A DNA stretch of 64,000 nucleotides from a virus (taxonomy: Duplodnaviria; Caudoviricetes), in IMG/VR virus record IMGVR_UViG_3300048819_000116, positions 1,570 through 65,569 of that record; one strand, 5' to 3'. The position numbers and the translations under genes are program-made. The notes beneath the pieces are model-generated. The model did no database searches. It saw only the letters and a program-made list of their open reading frames with translations, and was not told where the DNA came from. Of this stretch, positions 26,092 to 36,151 are shown one piece after another (the first letter of the stretch is position 1; each line of letters opens with the position of its first letter).

Positions 26092-29000
26092 ATGGCTGAT
26101 CCGGCTGACGACCCCGACAACGACGCGCGCGCTTCCGCAGCGGTCGCGGAGCCCGAGGAGCAGGACGCGCAGCAGCAGCCGCAGGCCCCTCGCGGCGGAG
26201 TCCCGGTAGGCCCGCAGCAGGCCCCCGGCACCTCGCAGGCCGACGTCGACCAGAGTTTCGCCGCAGCGGGCTATGGGAAGCCCTCCGCAGGCTACACGGG
26301 CGGCCCGCTTGCCCCTCCCGGGACACCGGACACGCCGCAGGTCCAGTCGCCGGAGGACCGCTACAAGGAAGCCTACGGGGCGGCGGACAAGCAGTTCAGC
26401 GACGCCTACTTCAAGGCCAACCCGTTCAAGACCAGCTTCGACCTGCCCGACACGCCGCGCAACTGGTACGCCGCAGCGGAGCGGGCGCAGGACCAGAAGG
26501 ACGCGCTTGCCCAGAGGCAGGCGCAGATAGCCGAGAGGCAGCAGGCCCTCCAGCAGAGGCAGCAGCGCGTGGCGACGGCGACGCAGAGGGAAAACGACAT
26601 GCGGGCGAACGGACAGAAGTTCTTCCGCGACCCCGAGGGCAACATCCAGCCGGTGCTCGAGCCCGGGACGGGGCGGCCCATCTACGACAAGACGCCGTGG
26701 GAGGAGGGGGTGGACCCGAAGACGGGGGCACCCGCGCTCGCCATGACGGACCAGTACGGCCAGCGCCAGTTCAAGAGCTTCCCCATCGTGCCAGGCGGCG
26801 ACCCGAACGACACGCAGCTTTACTACCGGATGCCGGACGGGACGACGAAGCCCGCGGGCGACGCGGCGGACTTGGCCAAGAGCCCCGACTACCAGACGGC
26901 GAAGGCCGCCAGGGAGACGCTTAAAAACGTCCACAAGAACCAGTGGAACGAGGCGCTTTCCGGCATGGCCGAGGTCGTCGGCAAGACGAAGGACGACATC
27001 GAGCAGGCGAACCAGCGTCTCACCGACCTGCAAAGCCAAAGCGACCAGAACGCGCAGGGAATCGCCGCGGCCAGCGCCGACCCGAACCTCAACGAGACGC
27101 AGGGCATCTTCGACTCCTCCCCATCCGACAAGTCGCTCAAGGCGCAGGCGCAGCTTACCATGCTGCAAAGGCAGCAGCAGGCCATCGAGAATGAGAGGCA
27201 GGGGCTCACGGCGTCGCTGAAGAAGGGCGGCCAGCTCTACGAGACGAACGCCGAGGCCAAGCTCCAGTATGCCATCCATCAGGACCTTTTCCGGCACGGG
27301 GCCTACCAGCACGCGATCGACCAGCGGGCGGCGGCGATCACGCACGCAGGCGGCGACCCCGCGAAGGACCCGATTCTCCAGCAACTCCAGATAGCGCAGG
27401 CGAACCACGCAAGCGGCGCCGCCTCCGGTGTCACCATGTCCGCCCAGCGTGCGCAGCAGCGGCAGGCGAACCCGCCAGTTGCCCCCGCACTTCCCGGCAC
27501 GCCCCCGCCCGACCAGCCGCCTCCGGCCGGTCCAGCAGCAGGTGGAGCGCCGCCCGCCCCCGGTTCCAGCCCTGCTCCCGCGCCGGGCACTCCTGCCGCC
27601 CCGCCGCCGTCCCAGACAGGAACGCCGACCCCTCCGCCGGGTCCCGCGCCACTTGTGGACCGCTTTGCGCAGACGCAGCAGGGGAAACAGCCGGTGGGAA
27701 TCCTTGGGGCGCTCATCAGCGCGAACCAGCGGGCCGAAAAGCCGCTTCCGATGATCGGGAGCGAGTCGGCTGGGACCAAGGGCGGCCTATTCACGATACC
27801 GAAGGTGTACGGCACGGGGGCCATTCCCGGTATCCTGAACGCAGCGAACGAGTTCACCGCTGGCCTCACATCGCCCGAGAACGCCGCCCTTCTGGCAACG
27901 ACGGGCGGCGCTGGCGTTGTCGGGGACATTGCCGCCGGTACGCGCCTCGCCTTGACCGTAAAGGGGGCGCAGGTAGCCGCCTTGGCGGGCTTCACGGCGC
28001 AGGGGGCAGGTGATACGATAGAAAAGACCAAGGCCGCCTATACCGTTCTCCATGACCCCAAGGCGACACGGGCCGACAAAGCCAAGGCGGTTGCCGCGGC
28101 CATCCTTTCCGGGGCCGTAACGGCAGCGGGAGCGCACGGCACAAGGGAATTGGCGACAGCCCCCAAGGGCCGCGTGATGCCCGAGAGCCCCGCCGCTGAG
28201 TTCCACCCCGAGGCCGGGACCGACCAAACGGGCAGGGCCGCGAAGCCGACGGTCGTCCCGACAGCCGCAACGCCGCCCCCTGCCGCTCCTCCGGCAGCCG
28301 CACCCCCCGCCGGGGAGCAGCCGTCGAATCCCGCTACCGCGCCGGGATCAACCCCCCTCCAGCCGACCCATGCCGAGTTCACGGACAACAGCCCAGAGGC
28401 GGTAGCCGCCCGCGCAAAGGCGAATGAGCCCCAGATGGACCCCGAGCTTCGCGCCGAGCTATTGAAGCAAGGCGTTCACCCACCCGAGGCCCCCGCCGCC
28501 GCCAAAGGCTCCCTTCCCCCGGACGCCAAGGTGACGTACCTCGGCAAGAAGGAGCCTGTGCTGAAGGGCGTGGGCCAGCCGGAGGACCACTGGCAGGTCG
28601 CGCTCCCCGGCGAGCCCCGCGGAGTCACCGTGACCCGCAGCGAATTAGAGAAGCAGGGAATCGACGTCAGCAAACTGCCGACCGACGAGGCGGCCAAACA
28701 AGGAGAACCAACCAATGCCCAAGAAACTGTTCAGCGCCCTAGCGAAAGCGGGGACAACGCCCGAGGCCCCGCCCCCCAAGGTGAGCCGAAAAACCCGCAA
28801 GCTGTTCGACAAGCGGACAGTGGAGGAGCAGCCGCCGTCGAGGCCGAACCACCTCGCGGAAATGTCGCACCACAGCCGGATGAAGGAGCACCACGAGAGG
28901 GCGGCGTATCACCGGAACGAGGCGGCGCACCACGAGAGGATGTTCCAAATGCACCGGCAGATGCACGAGGTGCAGAGCGTCCCGCAGAACCCGCCGGGGC

Positions 29001-32000
29001 CAGCACACCCGCCGGGGGTGACAGCGGAGCCGTCGGCGAAGGGGTAACGCCGAAGAAGGGCGAGCCCACCTGGCAGAAGTTCCCCGCAAGCGAGAAGTCC
29101 CTGGATGTTCCGAGGGGTGAGATGCCGCAGGTAAAGAGCGAGGACCGCCCCGCGCTAGTCGATGCGCTGAAGGAGAAGGGCATCGCGTCCAAGAACCGCA
29201 TGATGAAGGTCGCGGATTTGAAGCCCACGCAGGCCGAGTTCTCGCCCGAGAAGGTGCAGGCTGCGAGGGAGCACAAGGGGAGCGACCGGAAGATCCTCGT
29301 CTCCAAGGACGGCTACATCGTGGACGGGCACCATCAGTGGATGGCCGACAAGCAGGACGGATCAGATAACATCCCCGTCACGCAGATCGACGCGCCCATC
29401 CGCAAGCTGCTGCCGGAGGTGAGTGCCTTCGAGAAGGCCAAGACCGGCGAGGGTCCGAAGGAGACGCGGGCGCCGGAGGAGCAGCCGCACGCGGTCGTGG
29501 AGAAGGACGGCAAGGATACGAAGATCACGCCGACGCCCCACGCGGAAGCCGCCGTCTCGAAACTGGCCACCCCGAAGCAGATCAAGGCGCAGAAGGCGTT
29601 CCTTCAGGACGCGGTTGCCGAGGCGCTGAAAACGGCGAAGCCGGAGGCTGACTTCAAAGCGCCGCCGCGCCCGACGTTTCTAGACCCGAAGAAGCAGGCG
29701 AGGTACGACGCTGTGGCGGAAAAAGCCAAGGACCCCGGCAAGGTCACGTTCAGCGTGCCCGGAGACGGCGAGTACAAGATTCGCAACACGAAGGAGGCGA
29801 TCACCGAGTTTCAGAAGCGGCTGAAGTCATTCGGTGGCAGCGAACTGCGCCCGCCGACCATCCCCGCGAAGGCCGTACCGAAGCTGACGCCCGAGGAACT
29901 GGCGGAGCACAAGGTCGAGCCGGAGGTGCCGGGAGTCACCACCCCGGAGAAGGGCGTAGTCTCAGGCTCCAAGGCCGAGGCGTGGGCGGATAAGGTCATC
30001 AAGGCCGGGCAGGGCAAGGTGCGCAGCGGCGTGTCCCCCTCCGAGTTTGCAGCCTTCGCCGTCAAGGGCGTCGCAATAGCCGAGCGCGGCGTCCGCGACT
30101 TCGCCAAGTGGAGCGCCGAGATGGTGAAGGAGTTTGGCGATAAGATTCGCCCGCACCTGCAAGACCTGCACGACGCGATCATGAAGCACGCACCGGAGGA
30201 GGCCGCGCAGGCGCAGAAGCCGGAGCCCGTGCCGGGAAAGCCGGGGAAGTTCTACCGCAGCCTACCCGATACCGAGAGAAGCGCCAATGAGAACATCGTG
30301 CGGCAGGTGTATGAGCGCCGTTCGCAGAAGCCCGACTTGGACGCAGCGCAGGCGATCATCGACCACCACGGGCCTGAAAAGGCGATGGAGATTGCCATGG
30401 CGCGCGCCGACGACGGCGTGCCCTACCCGGTAAAGACCGCGATCTACGTGCGACTAGCCAAGGCCGCGAACGACCGCCTGATGGACGCCAAGACGCCGGA
30501 GGAGGCTGCGCAGGCCATCCGCGACAGGAACAAACTCTCCGCCATCCGCGCCCCGCACGAGACGGAGGTCGGGCAGGGAACCTCCATGCTCCAGAACCTC
30601 CAGGAGGGCGAGCGCCATGGGGCCATCGAGCGCCACCTGTCGGACGTCGCGCAGGAGCAGGACCGCAAACTCGGGAGCGACGGAAAGAAGGCGCTGGACG
30701 AGTCCCAGAAGGCGATTGAGGACGCGAAGGAGGAGGCGATCGAAAAGGCGAGCGATGAAATCCGCGACAAGCTAAGGACGCTGAAGATCGGCAAGCCCGC
30801 GTGGGAAAAGTACCGCGAGGACGCGGGCGACCGGATCGTCAAGATGATGGAGTCCCCCGCCGAGGCGAAGGAGCAGCCTGCGCTGAAGGAATTCACCGAC
30901 CGCGTGGTGGCCGAGGTTAAGGGGAGGCTGAAGGAGTTCATGCCGGAGCGCCCCGAGAGTGCCCCGCCGCCGACCCCGGGCGACATCCTGCGGGAGGCGC
31001 TGGACAACAAGGAGCGTTACGGTCAAGTGCTGACCAGCGTCCGAAACGCCGTGGCCAAGAAGTTCGGGGAAGGCACCCCGCCCGTGGACCTCCTCGACAC
31101 GGAACTCTCCAACCTCGGGGTGACGCCTTGGAGCGAGCGAATCCTGACAAAGGCGGTCAAGGGCGCGCACGACGCCATGGGCGAGAAGGTGTCGGAGATA
31201 GCGCGGGAGCACCTGTCCAAGACCGACAGGAAGGCTGGCGACATCGCAAACGCTCTCGTCAAGGACGCTGGCATCTCCGGCCCTGACGCGACCCGCCTGG
31301 AGTCGGACCTGACGGACAGGGCCAAGGAGCTCTACGCCGCCGCCCGCGACAAGGCGCTGGACGATCTCAAGAAGCGGTTCACCAACAAGGGCGGCGCGGG
31401 CAAGGTCTTCAGCGCGGTCCAGAAGGCGGTCAAGCTCTCCAACTTGGGCGCGATGGACAGGGCTGACCTGCACGACGCCGTTGTCAGCGAACTGGGGCTC
31501 CCCAAGGCGAGCCCGGAGCGCGTCCAGAAGATCGGTCAATTGGCCGACAAGGTGGAGCGGGCGCCGGATGCCGCTTCGCGTGCGCGCGCCACCTTGGACC
31601 TTGCGACGGAACTGCACGACGCCAAGAACCCGTCGAAGATGGGCAGGCACATCGACACGGCGACGAGCCTCTGGTACGCCAACATGCTCTCGGGGACGAC
31701 CGTCCCCATAAAGGCCCTTGGCGACATCACGAACGGGATGTTGCAGCTTGCGACCACCGTCATTGCCAACCCGGCCCACGCTGGCGACATCCTGAAGGGA
31801 TGGGCTTCCGGCGTGCCGGAGGGCTTGGAGCGGTTCGCGTCCGTGATGAAAACAGGCCGCGGATCAATCGACTTCGACGCATTGAAGGGGGGCGACACGA
31901 CCGAAAAGACGCTGCCTTCCGGCAAGAAGACGGTCACGGACCCACGCCCGGTGTCGGCGCTCGAGAACGTGAAGGACAAGCCGGGAGAGCCCGTTCTAAA

Positions 32001-33492
32001 CAAGCTGCGCACCTACCCGCAACTCATGAAGTACGTGCCGAGGGCCTTCCGCGCCATCGAGGCCATGTTCGCCGTGACGCACCGGGAAGCCTACGCGAGG
32101 CTTGCCGCGACGAAGCTCCTGGAGGGCCAGTACAAGGGGGCAGAACTGGCGGCCAAGGTGAAGGAAACGCTCGGCGTCACCCCGCAGCAATTCGAGGTGT
32201 TCCGCCAGCGCGCAGAGGCCGAAGGCTTCAAGGGTGCCGACGCGGGGCTCCGCGTGGCCCAAATGGTTGAGGAGCACCGGGAGGGCAGCGCCGCAGGGCG
32301 CGAGGTGAATGCGGTCTCCGACAAGTACATGCGCGAGGGCGTCTATGCGCAGGAGCCGACCGGGCTCCTCGGCATGATTTACCGCGTGGTGTCCGACGCC
32401 GTGAACAGCAAGGTCAAGGTCGCTGGCATCCCCATACTGAAGCCCGTGATCCCCTTCATGCGGACGCTGACGAACATGGTCAACGAGTCCGTCAATTACA
32501 CGCCGTGGGGGGCCAAGCGGGCGCTGCACGGGCAGTACGACGAGAACCGCGTCTATCAGAAGCCGGAGGGCGACGAGAGGAACCGCCTGCTCGTCAAGTC
32601 GGCGGCGGGAACGATGCTCATGGGCTCCCTCTACAATGCCGCCGTGAACCACGACCCCAAGGACCACACGGGCTTTGCGATCACCGGGGCGGGCCCGAGC
32701 GACTACGCGCACGCGACGCAGCTTCGCCAGCAGGGGGAGCGTGCGCACTCATGGCGCATCGCGGGGAAGTGGTACAACTACATGAACACGCCGCTCGCAG
32801 TGCCGCTGTCCATCATCGGCAACATGGCCGACGCGCACCGTTTCCAGAAGCAGAAGGGCGAGCTTCTTTTTGGCAACAAGGGCGTTGATGCCGTTGCCAG
32901 CGCCCTTGGGCGAAGCATCATCGACCAGCCGATGCTGGAGGGCCTGTCGAACATGGCCGAACTCGCCTCCGGCAAAACGACGCAGGCCAAGATCGGGCGC
33001 TTCCTCGCCAGCTCCGCAGCCTCTGCCGCCATCCCGGCGGATGCGTTGGTCCGCCAAATAGACCAAGCCTTCGACCCCCGGACGCGGGAAGCGAGTTCGC
33101 TTGGGGACATAGCGAAGGCCCAGATTCCCTTTGAGCGGCGGAGCCTGCCCGTCCGCACGGACGCCCTTGGGGACGCGATCACCTACTCCCCCGGTCAGCG
33201 GTTTGTCAGCACGGAGAAGAACGACCCGCTGCGCCGCGCCATGTCGGACCGCAACATCGCGCCCTCCGAGCCCGAGCGCCAGACGAAGCTCGGCAACCGG
33301 ACGATGACCGACAAGGAGTACAACTTCTACAAGACCGTGAGCGGTCGCCTCATAAAGGCGCGGCTTGACGCCCTGCGTCCCGGCTTCTACGGAAAGACGG
33401 ACGCCGCCGTGCAAAACGAGGTGCGCCGGGTCGAGGAAACGGAGAGGAAAAAGGTGAGGGAGCAGATTGGCCGCATGGCGGGCGTACACTAA
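26092..33492 (+). CDS. giant internal virion/ejection (large polyvalent) protein with ParB-like domain
   Basis: 2466 aa; Pro-rich linkers, Gly/Ala hydrophobic segment, DLKPTQ...ILVSKDGYIVDGHHQW (ParB/Srx-like), long helical C-terminal region with IPF.RT..N motif. Confidence 0.7.
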   Translation: MADPADDPDNDARASAAVAEPEEQDAQQQPQAPRGGVPVGPQQAPGTSQADVDQSFAAAGYGKPSAGYTGGPLAPPGTPDTPQVQSPEDRYKEAYGAADKQFSDAYFKANPFKTSFDLPDTPRNWYAAAERAQDQKDALAQRQAQIAERQQALQQRQQRVATATQRENDMRANGQKFFRDPEGNIQPVLEPGTGRPIYDKTPWEEGVDPKTGAPALAMTDQYGQRQFKSFPIVPGGDPNDTQLYYRMPDGTTKPAGDAADLAKSPDYQTAKAARETLKNVHKNQWNEALSGMAEVVGKTKDDIEQANQRLTDLQSQSDQNAQGIAAASADPNLNETQGIFDSSPSDKSLKAQAQLTMLQRQQQAIENERQGLTASLKKGGQLYETNAEAKLQYAIHQDLFRHGAYQHAIDQRAAAITHAGGDPAKDPILQQLQIAQANHASGAASGVTMSAQRAQQRQANPPVAPALPGTPPPDQPPPAGPAAGGAPPAPGSSPAPAPGTPAAPPPSQTGTPTPPPGPAPLVDRFAQTQQGKQPVGILGALISANQRAEKPLPMIGSESAGTKGGLFTIPKVYGTGAIPGILNAANEFTAGLTSPENAALLATTGGAGVVGDIAAGTRLALTVKGAQVAALAGFTAQGAGDTIEKTKAAYTVLHDPKATRADKAKAVAAAILSGAVTAAGAHGTRELATAPKGRVMPESPAAEFHPEAGTDQTGRAAKPTVVPTAATPPPAAPPAAAPPAGEQPSNPATAPGSTPLQPTHAEFTDNSPEAVAARAKANEPQMDPELRAELLKQGVHPPEAPAAAKGSLPPDAKVTYLGKKEPVLKGVGQPEDHWQVALPGEPRGVTVTRSELEKQGIDVSKLPTDEAAKQGEPTNAQETVQRPSESGDNARGPAPQGEPKNPQAVRQADSGGAAAVEAEPPRGNVAPQPDEGAPREGGVSPERGGAPREDVPNAPADARGAERPAEPAGASTPAGGDSGAVGEGVTPKKGEPTWQKFPASEKSLDVPRGEMPQVKSEDRPALVDALKEKGIASKNRMMKVADLKPTQAEFSPEKVQAAREHKGSDRKILVSKDGYIVDGHHQWMADKQDGSDNIPVTQIDAPIRKLLPEVSAFEKAKTGEGPKETRAPEEQPHAVVEKDGKDTKITPTPHAEAAVSKLATPKQIKAQKAFLQDAVAEALKTAKPEADFKAPPRPTFLDPKKQARYDAVAEKAKDPGKVTFSVPGDGEYKIRNTKEAITEFQKRLKSFGGSELRPPTIPAKAVPKLTPEELAEHKVEPEVPGVTTPEKGVVSGSKAEAWADKVIKAGQGKVRSGVSPSEFAAFAVKGVAIAERGVRDFAKWSAEMVKEFGDKIRPHLQDLHDAIMKHAPEEAAQAQKPEPVPGKPGKFYRSLPDTERSANENIVRQVYERRSQKPDLDAAQAIIDHHGPEKAMEIAMARADDGVPYPVKTAIYVRLAKAANDRLMDAKTPEEAAQAIRDRNKLSAIRAPHETEVGQGTSMLQNLQEGERHGAIERHLSDVAQEQDRKLGSDGKKALDESQKAIEDAKEEAIEKASDEIRDKLRTLKIGKPAWEKYREDAGDRIVKMMESPAEAKEQPALKEFTDRVVAEVKGRLKEFMPERPESAPPPTPGDILREALDNKERYGQVLTSVRNAVAKKFGEGTPPVDLLDTELSNLGVTPWSERILTKAVKGAHDAMGEKVSEIAREHLSKTDRKAGDIANALVKDAGISGPDATRLESDLTDRAKELYAAARDKALDDLKKRFTNKGGAGKVFSAVQKAVKLSNLGAMDRADLHDAVVSELGLPKASPERVQKIGQLADKVERAPDAASRARATLDLATELHDAKNPSKMGRHIDTATSLWYANMLSGTTVPIKALGDITNGMLQLATTVIANPAHAGDILKGWASGVPEGLERFASVMKTGRGSIDFDALKGGDTTEKTLPSGKKTVTDPRPVSALENVKDKPGEPVLNKLRTYPQLMKYVPRAFRAIEAMFAVTHREAYARLAATKLLEGQYKGAELAAKVKETLGVTPQQFEVFRQRAEAEGFKGADAGLRVAQMVEEHREGSAAGREVNAVSDKYMREGVYAQEPTGLLGMIYRVVSDAVNSKVKVAGIPILKPVIPFMRTLTNMVNESVNYTPWGAKRALHGQYDENRVYQKPEGDERNRLLVKSAAGTMLMGSLYNAAVNHDPKDHTGFAITGAGPSDYAHATQLRQQGERAHSWRIAGKWYNYMNTPLAVPLSIIGNMADAHRFQKQKGELLFGNKGVDAVASALGRSIIDQPMLEGLSNMAELASGKTTQAKIGRFLASSAASAAIPADALVRQIDQAFDPRTREASSLGDIAKAQIPFERRSLPVRTDALGDAITYSPGQRFVSTEKNDPLRRAMSDRNIAPSEPERQTKLGNRTMTDKEYNFYKTVSGRLIKARLDALRPGFYGKTDAAVQNEVRRVEETERKKVREQIGRMAGVH
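28715..29047 (+). CDS. nested out-of-frame His-rich 110-aa protein
   Basis: AAGGAGA 8 nt before ATG; third codon positions strongly G/C in this frame but often A/T in the host frame. Confidence 0.6.
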   Translation: MPKKLFSALAKAGTTPEAPPPKVSRKTRKLFDKRTVEEQPPSRPNHLAEMSHHSRMKEHHERAAYHRNEAAHHERMFQMHRQMHEVQSVPQNPPGPAHPPGVTAEPSAKG

Positions 33493-33493
33493 T

Positions 33494-35743
33494 ATGGATT
33501 CCCCAACCGCAGACTTCATCCACGACGCCGCGAAGGCGGCAGGGCCGATGCCACCCTCCGACCAGAAGGAGCCGCAGGTGCCGTTCCAGGGGGGCTTGAA
33601 GCTCACCCGGGAGCAGGAGACGCAGATGCTGGACCACGCCTTCCGCAGATTCAAGGACATCAGTAACGAGCTTGGCCGCGACCAGACACTTCAGCCGACT
33701 TGGTGGGCGAACCTCCAGCCGACGCCGAACCTTCAGGCGGCGGCGCAGGGGCTTCTCCCGGCGATGACGTTCCTCGGGAAAAGGAGCCGCTTCGACGCCA
33801 CCTTCATGAACGACGTGTCGTGGAGGCCCTACACGATGGGCGTCGAGAACATCTTCATGTCGTCCAACATCGCGGTGCCGCTCTCCCGGCGCATCTGCGC
33901 CCAGATGATCGCCCGCGCCAAGAAGGCGCTCTTTGGGAGCGACCCGTGGTTCTCCGCCGAACCGTGGCCGGGGCAGGCCGACCCGCTGGAGGACGCGCAG
34001 ATTGACCTCATCGAGCGTTACTGCCGCATGAAGGCCAAGGAGGGAAAGACGAAGGTCAACATGGGCCGCGCCATCACGCAGGCGCTGATCCTCGGCGAGT
34101 GCGCGGTCAAGACGACCTACGTGGTGCGCGACCAGATATTCGACACCGAGGCCCGCGTGCTGGTGGATGTCAACAGCGAGCCCGGCAAGGTTACGCCGAT
34201 GCGCGACCAGAAGGGCAACACGATAACGGAGGACGCCAAGTGGCAGGACAAGGAGGACGGGCTTGGCACGAAGGTCCTTGCCTCCGACGGCGTGACCCCG
34301 CAGCCGGACGCCCCGGTGTACCAGAAGGTGCCGCTCACCCGCCGGCAGGTGCTATTCGAGGGCGCGGTCAGCGAGCCTATCTACTACAAGGACTTTGGCC
34401 TCCCCCAGACGGCGGCAAGCGTGCAGGAGGCCGACACCTGCTACCATATCTACGACAAGCAGGTGGCCGAGTTCGTGGACCTGATCGTGAAGCGCGGGAT
34501 GGTGGACGACAACCCGCAGGGCCGTGCGAGTGCCACGCACAAGATGATCGCGCTCCTTCGCACGCTGGACCAGAACAGCCAGGAGCCCAAGGCCGCGGTG
34601 GACTTGGCCATCCGCCCGCTGGAGTCCATGACGCCGCTCCCCGCCACCCCCGGCGGCGGTCCCGGGCCCGTCGCGGAGTTCATCGAGTTCTACCTCTGGT
34701 GGGACGCGAACGGCGACGGGATCGCGGAGAACATCATGCTGATCGCGGACAGGGCTTCCCAGAAGCCCATCTTCTACGACCACGTTGCCAACGTGACGAC
34801 CGACGGCCTTCGCCCCATCGAGATCGTGAGGATCAAGCCCATCGAGGGCCGCTGGTACGGGCAGGGCATCATGGAGTACTTCGACTGCTACCAGACGATC
34901 GTGGATCTCATGGTGAACCGCTGGAACTTCAGCCAGTCGCGTGCGGGCTACGTCCTGTTCTGGAGCCCGAAGAACACGCTGGAGGGTGACCGCGACCCCT
35001 CGCTCAAGATGAACTTCGGCGGGACGTACACGAAGAAGCAGAACATGAAGGCGGAGGACTGCGTGGAGGTCGTTTACCTGAACGACACCAAGTTCGAGGC
35101 GCTCCACACGATGATCCAGTACTTCATGCAGCTTGCGATGAATGAGAGCGGCGTCACGAACGCGAACGACAATCAGGCGGCGGGGATGCAGTCAGCCAAG
35201 CTGGCGACGGGGATCATGCAGATCGAGCAGTCGGGCGACGAGCTGTTCATGCCGATTCTCGAGGACCTGACCGACCCGCTCACGGGGATACTCAACCGCG
35301 AGATCAGCGTCGTCCTTGCGAACCTTGACCCCGACGAGTTCCGCATCTTCTGCGAGGGCGTGACGGACGGGGTGGACATGATGACGGCGGACGACGTTCG
35401 CGGCCTTCGCCTCCGCTGCGACATCGAGCTAACGACACACAGGAACCAGCAGATTCTCCAGCTTTCGTCGCAGGCGGTCGCGCTCGTGAAGGACTACTAC
35501 ACCAACCCGCCGAACTTGCAACTGATCCTCTGCAACCTCTACCGCAGGCAGCTTCGCATCCTTGACCCGCAGGCGAACGCCGACGAGGTGATCGTGCCGC
35601 AGCAGGGGCCGGTCGGCGCACCCGGCCAGCAGCCTCCGGGCGGCAGCGACATCGGCAACGTCGGCAACGGCGTCGCCCCGGCACAGATGACGCAGGCGGC
35701 AAAGCCTGCCGGCGGCCTGTCGGCGGGGGCGCAGGCGGCATGA
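33494..35743 (+). CDS. portal protein (podovirus-like)
   Basis: 749 aa; WFSAEP, ALILGECAVK, WYGQGIMEY..YQ..VD...NR, SAKLATGI; start moved to ATG 33494. Confidence 0.75.
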   Translation: MDSPTADFIHDAAKAAGPMPPSDQKEPQVPFQGGLKLTREQETQMLDHAFRRFKDISNELGRDQTLQPTWWANLQPTPNLQAAAQGLLPAMTFLGKRSRFDATFMNDVSWRPYTMGVENIFMSSNIAVPLSRRICAQMIARAKKALFGSDPWFSAEPWPGQADPLEDAQIDLIERYCRMKAKEGKTKVNMGRAITQALILGECAVKTTYVVRDQIFDTEARVLVDVNSEPGKVTPMRDQKGNTITEDAKWQDKEDGLGTKVLASDGVTPQPDAPVYQKVPLTRRQVLFEGAVSEPIYYKDFGLPQTAASVQEADTCYHIYDKQVAEFVDLIVKRGMVDDNPQGRASATHKMIALLRTLDQNSQEPKAAVDLAIRPLESMTPLPATPGGGPGPVAEFIEFYLWWDANGDGIAENIMLIADRASQKPIFYDHVANVTTDGLRPIEIVRIKPIEGRWYGQGIMEYFDCYQTIVDLMVNRWNFSQSRAGYVLFWSPKNTLEGDRDPSLKMNFGGTYTKKQNMKAEDCVEVVYLNDTKFEALHTMIQYFMQLAMNESGVTNANDNQAAGMQSAKLATGIMQIEQSGDELFMPILEDLTDPLTGILNREISVVLANLDPDEFRIFCEGVTDGVDMMTADDVRGLRLRCDIELTTHRNQQILQLSSQAVALVKDYYTNPPNLQLILCNLYRRQLRILDPQANADEVIVPQQGPVGAPGQQPPGGSDIGNVGNGVAPAQMTQAAKPAGGLSAGAQAA

Positions 35744-35892
35744 CTTTCACCATCTCGCCGGATGCGCCGGCGCGTGACAGCAGGAAGCTGAAGGGGAAAC
35801 CCAAATTCTAAGGCAACTGCCGCGCTGTTTCATCGGAGGGCAGACCGACTGCCACACGGGCCTCGCGGCCGGGTAGCGACCCCGGCATGGTG

Positions 35893-36108
35893 CTATCTTC
35901 CAAACAGCCGCTTGGTCTTTTTCCTGCCGCCAAGCCCCTTCACGTTCGCGGCGAATCGGGCCATGTGGCGCAGGTGGGGATTGGCCGACTTGAGGGCGCC
36001 GGAGAGTTTGGAGGAGGGGATTTTCTCGCCCGATGGCACCCCGAGGGCGCGGTGAAGGCCGCCCTTGTTTTTCGAGACCCCGCTGGCCTGAATCCAGTTG
36101 TCAGCCAT
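35893..36108 (-). CDS. small basic phage protein (WIQ...GGLHRALGVP.GEKIP family)
   Basis: Recognisable motif; has its own promoter. Confidence 0.7.
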   Translation of the reverse strand: MADNWIQASGVSKNKGGLHRALGVPSGEKIPSSKLSGALKSANPHLRHMARFAANVKGLGGRKKTKRLFGR

Positions 36109-36114
36109 GGGACG

Positions 36115-36144
36115 GTTCTACGACAGGCGCGTGGAGCGAGTCAA
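36115..36144 (-). promoter_or_regulatory. promoter for a leaderless mRNA
   Basis: TTGACT-18 nt-TAGAAC, with ATG 36108 six nt downstream of the -10. Confidence 0.55.
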
Positions 36145-36151
36145 GATGGGG

